Shown: positions 49,411 through 59,299 of the stretch, one piece after another
How the letters are laid out: each line of letters starts with the position of its first letter
Position numbering within the stretch: the first letter of the stretch is position 1
The notes under the pieces: model-generated
The model's input: only the letters and a program-made list of their open reading frames with translations
Told to the model about the DNA's origin: nothing
The model's database searches: none
Translations under genes and position numbers: made by a program
Assembly (NCBI GenBank): GCA_013002025.1
Contig: JABDKW010000008.1
Span: 23,580 to 87,579 of the forward strand
Direction of reading: 5' to 3'
Length of the DNA stretch: 64,000 bases
Source: Gammaproteobacteria bacterium
GTDB lineage: Bacteria > Pseudomonadota > Gammaproteobacteria > Arenicellales > Arenicellaceae

Positions 49411-50288
49411 TTTGTTCAGCGGATTTTGAAGACGCAATTCGCGCGCACGGTATGGAGCCGCCATACCAGATGGCGACAGGGATAATGCATAGGTTTCCTG
49501 GTGTTGATAAGCACCTAAATAACAGGGCCGGTTGGTGTGTTCTGTTTGAAGATCGCGAGGGCGGATGTTTTGGTGATTGGTCTACTGGCTTACGTGAAAC
49601 CTGGCGATCAGATAAAGCCAGAGTTTTAACTAAAACTGAATTGTCACGATTCGCAAAGAGAGTGCGTAAGGCCCGATTAGCCGCCGGAGAGATCAAGCGC
49701 GAAAGAGAGAGCAAGGCAGCGATTGTAGCGAGCATTTTATATGGCAGTGCGCCGGAAGCTCCGTCTGAATTTCCCTATCTGGTTGCAAAGCAGGTGCAGC
49801 GCCACACTGCGCGATTAGTGGGTGACCGATTGGCTCTGCCAATCCAAGACTTTTCAGGCAATCTCACCAGCCTGCAATTTATCAGCCGAATTGGCGATAA
49901 ACGAATGCTTACCGGTGGGCGAAAAAAGGGCTGTTTTATTCCCATTGATGGTCAGCCCGGAGATCATGGAATCGTAATTGTATGTGAGGGCTGGGCAACT
50001 GGTGCGACGTTAGCGGAAGAATACCCGACCTCGAGTGTTATCGCGGCAATTGACGCGGGGAATTTAAAGTCTGTTGCGACGGGCGCGGCGATTAAATGGC
50101 CTAATGCTGAATTGGTGGTCGCAGGAGATGATGATCGGAGTACGTCAGTAAATATTGGCCGCGAGAAAGCTAGCGAAGCCGCAAAACTTGCAGGAGCCAA
50201 GTTAGTGTTTCCACAGTGGCCTGAAGGAGCACCGCTAGAGCTATCCGATTTTAATGATTTAGCCCTCTATCAACGGAGTGCAGCATGA
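49407..50288 (+). CDS. Toprim-domain primase-like protein
   Basis: IVIVCEGWATG and VVAGDDD Toprim acidic motifs. Its start overlaps the upstream stop. Confidence 0.65.
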   Translation: MICSADFEDAIRAHGMEPPYQMATGIMHRFPGVDKHLNNRAGWCVLFEDREGGCFGDWSTGLRETWRSDKARVLTKTELSRFAKRVRKARLAAGEIKRERESKAAIVASILYGSAPEAPSEFPYLVAKQVQRHTARLVGDRLALPIQDFSGNLTSLQFISRIGDKRMLTGGRKKGCFIPIDGQPGDHGIVIVCEGWATGATLAEEYPTSSVIAAIDAGNLKSVATGAAIKWPNAELVVAGDDDRSTSVNIGREKASEAAKLAGAKLVFPQWPEGAPLELSDFNDLALYQRSAA

Positions 50289-51799
50289 TTCAACTCGAGC
50301 CCGTTTCACCTTGGGCGATGCCTGAACCCTTAGTGATGGAGCGATCCGCTCTACCTTACCCCATCGGGGCTCTTCCTCCATCAATTCAGAGCGCCGTGAG
50401 CGAGGTACAGGGCTTCGTACAGGCCCCATTTCCATTGGTGGCGGCATCTGCGCTCTCTGCAATTTCAGTGGCTGTACAGGGCTATGTGGATGTTCAACGA
50501 GGGGACAGGTTATCAGGGCCGTGCGGATTGTTCATGCTCACAATAGCGGATTCAGGTGAGCGAAAATCGAGTTGTGATGGCTACTTTTTCGAGGCTATAA
50601 AACGGTATCAAGCGCAGCAAATCGAAGACGCTAAACCCTTGATGAGAGAGTACAGAGCAGAGCACCAATCATGGGAAGCTATCCAGAGGGGAGTTGCGGC
50701 GAAAATTCAACAATTGGCTAAGAGTGGGAAGCCAGCGGATGCGGAAAACCGGCGATTGATTGACATCCAAGAAGCGGAGCCCTTAGAGCCAAAAATTCCT
50801 AACTTGCTTTATGCGGATGCAACGCCGGAAGCATTGACCTTTCATCTAAGCAAAAATTGGCCGGTGGGTGGCGTTGTCTCGAGTGAAGCTGGAATTGTGT
50901 TCGGCAGTCACGGTATGAACTCCGAGTCCGTGATGCGAAACCTTGCGACATACAACGAATTATGGAGTGGTTCTGACATAAAAATTGATCGGCGAACGTC
51001 TGCGAGCTTCTTACTCCAGGGCGCGAGGTTGTCAATGGGCCTCATGGTCCAGGAATCACCGTTGCGAAGCTTCTTCAGCAAATCTGGTGACTTGGCTCGA
51101 GGGTCGGGGTTTCTCGCGCGATTTTTAATAGCTTGGCCTGAGTCAACGCAAGGAACACGGCTGTATAAAGAAGCGCCTATTAGCTGGCCTGCACTATCCG
51201 AGTTTAACCAACGCATTGAAACGATTCTCAATGAGCCGACACCGATTGCAGAGTGCGGAGGGGTCGAACCAAAAATAATGGCGTTCACAGGGGAAGCCAA
51301 AGCCCTCTGGGTTAAGTTTCATGATGATGTGGAGGCCGAATTACTCCCTAGCGGCGAGTTGGTAGATGTAAAGGACATAGCAAGCAAAGCGGCAGATAAC
51401 GTGGCGCGGCTGGCCTGCTTATTTCATGTTTTCGAGAATGGTGATGCTTCGCCAATCGGGAAGGAATCGATCATGCAGGCAGGCCAAATAGTGCATTGGC
51501 ACCTGCAAGAAGCTCACAGATTTATTGGCGAAATGGTGTTGTCACCAGAGCAGTCAAACGCCGCAAAACTCGATAGATGGTTAGTGGCCTACTGCGACCA
51601 GCGCCGTGAAGCAGAATTGCCAAGAAGAACTATTCAGCAATATGTGACTCCGACTAACCTGCGAAAAGGAAGAACTCTAGACGCGGCCCTTGAGAGGTTG
51701 GCTGATGCGAACAGGCTCGCGATCCGCGAGGATGGAAGGAAAAGCACCGTCGTTATAAATCCGCATTTGTTGAACGAGGTGAATAATGGGCTTAGCTGA
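50285..51799 (+). CDS. DUF3987 (YfjI-like) protein, a replication-associated partner of island primases
   Basis: N-terminal PYPIGALPPSIQSAVSEVQGFVQAP...LSAISVAVQG and ADSGERKSS, typical of DUF3987. It has a 4-bp overlap with the primase gene. Confidence 0.7.
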   Translation: MIQLEPVSPWAMPEPLVMERSALPYPIGALPPSIQSAVSEVQGFVQAPFPLVAASALSAISVAVQGYVDVQRGDRLSGPCGLFMLTIADSGERKSSCDGYFFEAIKRYQAQQIEDAKPLMREYRAEHQSWEAIQRGVAAKIQQLAKSGKPADAENRRLIDIQEAEPLEPKIPNLLYADATPEALTFHLSKNWPVGGVVSSEAGIVFGSHGMNSESVMRNLATYNELWSGSDIKIDRRTSASFLLQGARLSMGLMVQESPLRSFFSKSGDLARGSGFLARFLIAWPESTQGTRLYKEAPISWPALSEFNQRIETILNEPTPIAECGGVEPKIMAFTGEAKALWVKFHDDVEAELLPSGELVDVKDIASKAADNVARLACLFHVFENGDASPIGKESIMQAGQIVHWHLQEAHRFIGEMVLSPEQSNAAKLDRWLVAYCDQRREAELPRRTIQQYVTPTNLRKGRTLDAALERLADANRLAIREDGRKSTVVINPHLLNEVNNGLS

Positions 51800-52106
51800 T
51801 TGGTCGAGTGCAATAGAGTCGTATGAGTTCGCTACTGCTACTCACGCTACGGACGCTACCCAGGAGACTGGTAAACGTTCAAATGATCTCTCAGTAGCGC
51901 CAGTAGCGCCGGTAGCGGTAGCAGGGGCTCGAAAGCTAAGCGTGAAAGAGCGGGAATACCTCCTTAATTGGCTGTCTCATATTGGCGAAACTAAAGCCGA
52001 AGAAATCGAACACACAATAAGTCAGTGTGAGTCCGACGCGGTTGCCCGTAAATGGTTCATGGATCGCGCCTACAAGCTCTCACTATTTTCTATTGGTGAT
52101 GATTGA
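51786..52106 (+). CDS. hypothetical protein
   Basis: 106 aa, overlapping the upstream gene end, with no family recognised. Confidence 0.35.
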   Translation: MGLADWSSAIESYEFATATHATDATQETGKRSNDLSVAPVAPVAVAGARKLSVKEREYLLNWLSHIGETKAEEIEHTISQCESDAVARKWFMDRAYKLSLFSIGDD

Positions 52107-52246
52107 GCGTGCAAGAACGAACGCGACCCGGAGCCGCGCGGGGGGGGTGGCCCTCTCAATCTCTACTACCTTCAGGCTCAATATACGGCGACCCCACTTT
52201 TTTTTATTTAGACGCTTAAACATTTTCATATAACTGAGGTTACAGA

Positions 52247-52642
52247 ATGAGCAAACAAAAAACCCCATACAAGCCCTTAGAGTTAAGCGGTAGCTATAAA
52301 TCCGCTAAGTATGAGCGCGACGATCCAGAGGAAAGGTCATTGATTCCACCAACGCCGCCAGCCATTCTAGAGGGTGAAGCTTTAAAGGAGTGGGAGAGGG
52401 TGAGTAAGATAATGATCGTGCAAAAGACGCTCACGGAAGCGCACAGGGGCATACTGACGCAATACTGTTTGATGTGGGCCGACATGTTAAAACGGCTGGA
52501 GGTGGGCGAGCTCACCCCCGCTTTTCATACCGCATTTAGGCTAGTTACAGTGGAACTCGGGTTAACCCCTGCCAGTGCTGAGAAGCCGAAGGTTCATAAG
52601 GACGCACGGAAGAAGAACTCATTAGGATTTGGGTCGCTTTGA
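52247..52642 (+). CDS. phage terminase small subunit, P27 family
   Basis: 131 aa with EGEALKEWERV...YCLMWADM...ELGLTPASAEKPKV, matching the P27 TerS pattern. Confidence 0.6.
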   Translation: MSKQKTPYKPLELSGSYKSAKYERDDPEERSLIPPTPPAILEGEALKEWERVSKIMIVQKTLTEAHRGILTQYCLMWADMLKRLEVGELTPAFHTAFRLVTVELGLTPASAEKPKVHKDARKKNSLGFGSL

Positions 52643-52824
52643 CTGGCTCTTGACTTATCCCCCGTAATTCAGGCCAAGCACATTGAAAGTTTTTTCATTA
52701 TTTAGTCCGATGGGGGCACCCAAAACCGCGACGGTGCCATACACGAAGCGGATGTTCGTGGGAAAACCGTGGTCTGTCCTCCTAATTTCCTGTACTTTAA
52801 GCGTTGGGCCCCAGGAGGAAGCTA

Positions 52825-53439
52825 ATGGATACATTCACGCGCTTTAATCGAAAACAAATCGATGATAGGCAAATTGATACGTTAATCGGCCTCTGCAAAG
52901 GTCTAGCGGCAGATGGAAAAGTAGATCAACTAGAGGCCGAGGTTTTATTAACTTGGCTAATTCAAAGTCGTGCAGCTTCGGAGAATCCAATAGTCCATAA
53001 TTTATACGAGCGCGTAAATGAAATGCTCAGTGACAACGTGCTCGACGATGATGAATCTAGAGATTTAATGGAACTGCTTAGCTCAATATCTGGTGGTCAG
53101 GCTGAAATCGGTGAAATCGCAAAAACGTCTACGCTGCCACTTTGCTCGCCCGCACCGCAAATTGAATTCACCCAAAATAGCTTTCTATTTACAGGCACCT
53201 TCGCATTCGGTACTCGTGCACAATGCATCGCCGTAATTGAGTCTCTCGGTGGGAAGGCCGCTAAAAGCGTAACGAAATCTGTAAATTATTTAGTTCTCGG
53301 CTCATATGTTACTGATAGCTGGGCTCATGAAAATTTCGGTCGAAAAATCGAGAAAGCAATGAAGTATAGATCAGCCGGTGTACCGTTAGCCATCGTATCG
53401 GAAGAACATTGGGCTAACTGTGGAAATATTCGGGTGTAG
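52825..53439 (+). CDS. BRCT-domain protein with a TerB-like N-terminal helical domain
   Basis: AGGAGG RBS 6 nt upstream. The C-terminal half (FLFTGTFAFGTRAQCIAVIESLGGKAAKSVTKSVNYLVLG...W) resembles the NAD-ligase-type BRCT domain. The TerB-like N-terminal call is tentative. Confidence 0.55.
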   Translation: MDTFTRFNRKQIDDRQIDTLIGLCKGLAADGKVDQLEAEVLLTWLIQSRAASENPIVHNLYERVNEMLSDNVLDDDESRDLMELLSSISGGQAEIGEIAKTSTLPLCSPAPQIEFTQNSFLFTGTFAFGTRAQCIAVIESLGGKAAKSVTKSVNYLVLGSYVTDSWAHENFGRKIEKAMKYRSAGVPLAIVSEEHWANCGNIRV

Positions 53440-53562
53440 AGCACAGGGTGTCGAGACCATGAGGCCAAACAAATCGCTGGAGCGGGACCAGAGGGTGATT
53501 TGAAGAATGGTCTACTCAAAATTGATGTCAGTTCACCGCCCGGTTGTTAGGCGTTACATTCC

Positions 53563-54270
53563 ATGAGACTTGCTGAAATCATATGGAGTAACAACACAAC
53601 TGCAGGACGTGTGTTCGATCTATGCATAATGACGCTGATTCTTTATTCGATTGTAACCTTATCGCTAGAAACATTACCCGGTCTTTCAGAATCCACGACT
53701 AGTTTCTTCTGGTATTCCGAAGCAGTCGTGACGTTGATTTTCACAGCTGAATATTTCGCTAGAATCGCGACTGCGGAAAAAAGAATTCGTTACATTTCGA
53801 GTTTCTACGGAGTGATCGATCTATTAGCAATAGTGCCATTCTATTTGACGCTAGGATTTGATCTGAGAGGAATACGGGCTTTTCGGTTATTTCGCATATT
53901 TCGAGTACTCAAACTCACGAAATATAGCAATGCTATGAACCGATTTAGTAAGGCGATAGTGCTTGCCCGAGAAGAAGCTATTTTATTCTTACTCGTCACA
54001 ACGATACTTTTATTTTTATCTGCGGTAGGTATCTACTATTTTGAGCATCAAGCACAGCCAGAACATTTTAAATCAATTCCTCATAGTTTATGGTGGGCTG
54101 TCGCCACTCTGACTACAGTCGGATACGGTGACGTATTTCCGATTACGGCTGGAGGGAGACTTTTTACATTTCTGATTTTAATGGTGGGTTTGGGAATTGT
54201 GGCAGTTCCGGCAGGCCTTGTGGCATCGGCTTTATCAAAAGTGCGAGAGGATGAGAAAAATGAAATATAA
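53563..54270 (+). CDS. 6TM voltage-gated-type potassium channel
   Basis: S4 with Arg at every third position (RAFRLFRIFRVLKLTKY) and the selectivity filter TTVGYGD. Confidence 0.85.
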   Translation: MRLAEIIWSNNTTAGRVFDLCIMTLILYSIVTLSLETLPGLSESTTSFFWYSEAVVTLIFTAEYFARIATAEKRIRYISSFYGVIDLLAIVPFYLTLGFDLRGIRAFRLFRIFRVLKLTKYSNAMNRFSKAIVLAREEAILFLLVTTILLFLSAVGIYYFEHQAQPEHFKSIPHSLWWAVATLTTVGYGDVFPITAGGRLFTFLILMVGLGIVAVPAGLVASALSKVREDEKNEI

Positions 54271-54552
54271 CCAGGCCACGAAGTCGAATCAAAATGCTTC
54301 ACTGACGCCGGGCGTGCCGAAACCCGAGTGGCCACTCAGGGCGGAGACTTGACGCCCGTTTCATACACACAGCAGACGTCGGTTTCACACTCATTTCGGT
54401 CGTTTAGCAGTGAGGGATAAACTCGCTTGAATCAACTTTTTGAAATTTATGATGCTATCATTCTACAGACTAACAAATAGCGTTAGCTCGTATTAAGGAT
54501 TGGATGATTGGATGGGAGTGACGCTGAGCTTGAGGATGAAAAGGAGTCTGAT

Positions 54553-55674
54553 ATGAATCGTAGAAGTCTATTGAAGAGCATAGTATTGAGCCCCTTAGCT
54601 GGTTCTTTTTTATGGATGCCGAGCAGAGCCACTGCTATAGAACCCGGTACAGCAATCGCGGTAGCGAGATTTGCCATAAACGCTTCTACTCTATTTAAAG
54701 GTTCGTCTGTAGACAAGATTTCTGAGTATCAACTTCAGCAGATTGCGATTATCTCGGAGAAAATAGGAGTTGTCGTAAAAATTCTTGAAAATATTAGCGC
54801 CAAAATGGATGCCATTCAGAAGGATCTTGCCAACGTCCCTTCGAAAACCGTATTGTTGACGTCACAAACTGAAACTCTAGCTGCATGTTCAAGGTACGCT
54901 GATCTTTTTCAGAATTACAAAAAAGAGGGACCTAGGAAGTTCAAAAGACATCAGACATATCAAGAACAACTAACTAGTATTCGAAGCTCTCTGGAACAAG
55001 GTCGGGCTGAGCTACTGACCCAAAACGCGTACATTACAGTTCCCACCGTGCTTAGCGCTCTTCATGCTGAAGTTAATTTGATGCACATGGCTGGTGTCGA
55101 CCTCAGTGATTTTACCAGTACCTTTGTTCGCTATAGGTCATTTTTTAATGAAATGCTGATCATGGAAAATGGTTTGAACGATTCATTAAGAGCTGCTAGA
55201 GAAAAACGGAACCAATTGTTAAGGGAAGCGCTCAAGCCTAAAGTCATAGCGGCGAAAACTGTCGACCGCGATTACTGGGGTTCATCATCCTCAATATATG
55301 GCGGTTACAATTTCGTTCCAAAGCGTGCCAAAGTGGAGCCACCTGAGGTTTTAGAGCTGCGATCACAGGGCTTGATTCTCGCTGACGAGTTCTATGTGAC
55401 ACTTGAACGCCAATGGGGGATCGAAGAGGGCGATTCTAGGCCAGTACGGCTGAATGGACTGGCTTTCTGCACCGGCGCTTTTGCCGAAGCTAAATGTGTT
55501 GGCCATCACGAAAACTTGGATGAAGCAAATCTGAGAATGGAAAATAATGAGAACTCTTTGCGCGCAGCAATCAATCTAAATATGGATCGTATCGCTGCAC
55601 TTTCCTCCCTCCAAGCGGCTGCGCATAAAGGACTGTTCTTTGCTGCAGCGTATCAAGGTGGCCATAGTGTCTAG
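54553..55674 (+). CDS. exported hypothetical protein (twin-arginine signal)
   Basis: AAGGAG RBS. MNRRSLLKSIVLSPLAGSFLWMPSRATA fits a Tat signal, and the rest is helical with no family recognised. The ORF is open from 54508. Confidence 0.5.
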   Translation: MNRRSLLKSIVLSPLAGSFLWMPSRATAIEPGTAIAVARFAINASTLFKGSSVDKISEYQLQQIAIISEKIGVVVKILENISAKMDAIQKDLANVPSKTVLLTSQTETLAACSRYADLFQNYKKEGPRKFKRHQTYQEQLTSIRSSLEQGRAELLTQNAYITVPTVLSALHAEVNLMHMAGVDLSDFTSTFVRYRSFFNEMLIMENGLNDSLRAAREKRNQLLREALKPKVIAAKTVDRDYWGSSSSIYGGYNFVPKRAKVEPPEVLELRSQGLILADEFYVTLERQWGIEEGDSRPVRLNGLAFCTGAFAEAKCVGHHENLDEANLRMENNENSLRAAINLNMDRIAALSSLQAAAHKGLFFAAAYQGGHSV

Positions 55675-56677
55675 ATCGTATTGGAGGCTGCATCTGTCGA
55701 TATTATTCTGCATTTCCAGTTACGTCCCTCTTCAGGCTGCGCAACTTCAGCCCTCCTCTGATGCGTTGGAGCTCGACTTTGCTGCACCATCCATGATTTT
55801 AGAGCTGGATCAAAGAGCGCCGATTACAGGTTTGAAAGCCGCGATCGTGGGTGGTGCTCCCAGCCTTCTTAGCTTGGTCAATGAACACTTGATAAATAGG
55901 AAGTTCAAGCGAGAGTTAAAGAAATTTACAAAAAAAGCTTGGAACGAGTTAGGTGAGGGAGAGGTATTTCTTTTCGAGGTTAAGTTATTTTATGACCAAT
56001 TGGATAACATCCATTCTAGTGGCCAAATCATAAAGCCTATTGGACTAGGAGCTTCGCCTGTCAATGCTTACGCTTTGTATTATATGCAACCGCAATTAAC
56101 GCAGAGCGACCCCAGTGGCTTGCGCCTACACAACTACTTTCTGTATCTCGAGAGAAAGAACAAGAAAATAAACGTAGCTGTTATACCTCATGAGTTTACT
56201 GGATCTCTCTATTCAGCTGCTCGTCGTGAGGCGACTAGGATTGCTTCTTCTTCTACTATGCCTCCGGCAAAAATTATGCCTAAAGATGCACAAACAGCGG
56301 ATTATTGGATCAAGCGATATGAGAACAACAAGGATGCGGTGATCGCTGCAGGTAAGGAGGCTGAATTTGGTAAGCTCTTACGACTGCATCAGGAACTCAG
56401 TGTTAAGTTGGAGGACGTCCAACGGGAATATAGAGATGCCATAAAAGCAGCGAGCCGCCAGAGCAAGCGATCGCAGCTTATGATCTTAGGATTCGATATC
56501 TTTGATGAATTTGTGGGAAATCAAATCCAAGCACCTTACGCCCGGCCATCAGAGGAAGTAATTCACATATTCAACCAAAACACGACCGAAATAAGTGTTC
56601 AGTACTTTGAAGCCGAATACTACAATACCAAAAACGAATTGCTAATGACTGAAGAGTCGCTCGGCCAGATATTCTAA
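55640..56677 (+). CDS. exported hypothetical protein (Sec-type signal)
   Basis: The start is ambiguous (TTG 55640, GTG 55658 or GTG 55667) and all candidates overlap the upstream gene's end. The signal is LHLSILFCISSYVPLQA, and no family is recognised. Confidence 0.45.
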   Translation: MLQRIKVAIVSRSYWRLHLSILFCISSYVPLQAAQLQPSSDALELDFAAPSMILELDQRAPITGLKAAIVGGAPSLLSLVNEHLINRKFKRELKKFTKKAWNELGEGEVFLFEVKLFYDQLDNIHSSGQIIKPIGLGASPVNAYALYYMQPQLTQSDPSGLRLHNYFLYLERKNKKINVAVIPHEFTGSLYSAARREATRIASSSTMPPAKIMPKDAQTADYWIKRYENNKDAVIAAGKEAEFGKLLRLHQELSVKLEDVQREYRDAIKAASRQSKRSQLMILGFDIFDEFVGNQIQAPYARPSEEVIHIFNQNTTEISVQYFEAEYYNTKNELLMTEESLGQIF

Positions 56678-56915
56678 ATGGCTTAGCTCTCTCTGAAGCA
56701 ACGAAATTAACTGCTAACAAGGTGTTGCACCGGATAAACTACTCGCTACCACTCAAATTTTTCGTGTGAGCAATACGTTTTTACAATATTCCAATGACCG
56801 CAATGGGCACTTTTCGGACATGCGCTGTTAGGATAATTTCACCTAGACGGGTGATGCGTATTTATTCTGGTTGAGGCATCCTCAACTCTCAATCAAATCA
56901 AAGGGAGGTTGAATC

Positions 56916-57101
56916 ATGTTAATACTTACTCGCAAACCGGATGAAGCGATCATTCTAACGCTTGCTACAGGCGAACGGATCGAAGTGATCATTGCGGGAG
57001 TGAGCGGCAATCAAGTCAAGGTAGGTCTAGACGCACCGGAGGCGGTTGAGATTATGCGCAAGGAGTTGCTCGATCATTTCGAGATGCCCACGATCCGTTA
57101 A
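56916..57101 (+). CDS. csrA: carbon storage regulator CsrA/RsmA family RNA-binding protein (island-borne paralogue)
   Basis: 61 aa with MLILTRK...GNQVKVGLDAPEAVEIMRKEL, matching the CsrA fold signature. A strong AGGGAGG SD precedes it. Confidence 0.9.
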   Translation: MLILTRKPDEAIILTLATGERIEVIIAGVSGNQVKVGLDAPEAVEIMRKELLDHFEMPTIR

Positions 57102-57106
57102 AAAAC

Positions 57107-57123
57107 GTGACCTATTCGTGACC
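57107..57123. repeat. 17-bp motif GTGACCTATTCGTGACC (copy 2)
   Basis: Identical to 47018-47034, and 57 bp from the att core. Confidence 0.6.
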
Positions 57124-57180
57124 CCGAATGAGTTTTCTCGATAGCGGTGCGGCGCTTTCGCCGCAAACCCGCTTAATTAT

Positions 57181-57257
57181 TGGTGGGCCCACCTGGACTC
57201 GAACCAGGGACCAATGGATTATGAGTCCACTGCTCTAACCAACTGAGCTATAGGCCC
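57181..57257 (-). tRNA. ileX: tRNA with CAU anticodon, most like tRNA-Ile2 (lysidine, ileX-type) rather than elongator Met
   Basis: The reverse complement is GGGCCUAUAGCUCAGUUGGUUAGAGCAGUGGACUCAUAAUCCAUUGGUCCCUGGUUCGAGUCCAGGUGGGCCCACCA. It folds into a full cloverleaf with encoded CCA. The anticodon arm and T arm resemble E. coli ileX, which as far as I recall also lies just downstream of rpoD. Confidence 0.85.
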
Positions 57258-57306
57258 TTTAATTATGCTGACCTTCACCGACGCTGATGTGCGGGCTGGG
57301 TGGTGG

Positions 57307-59136
<1,830 letters not shown>

Positions 59137-59299
59137 TAATGGAACCTCGAATGGAACCTCGCACTCACCCCGCTCGGCAACGAATCGCTGCTGCGCAGAG
59201 AAATAATGTGGAAAAGGAGTTTTAAAACCGGATAACCGTTAATTTTATAACAAAACCAGCCGAAATGCGCTTTTTTTAGAGCGATTTCGCCCAATAAAA

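Larger units (their letters stand above)
46851..57228. mobile_element. tRNA-integrated genomic island with a phage-satellite/PICI-like backbone
   Basis: It is bounded by the 48-bp direct repeats. It carries an integrase, primase, DUF3987 protein and small terminase plus cargo, all on the plus strand. It appears AT-richer than the flanks in spot counts. Confidence 0.8.
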
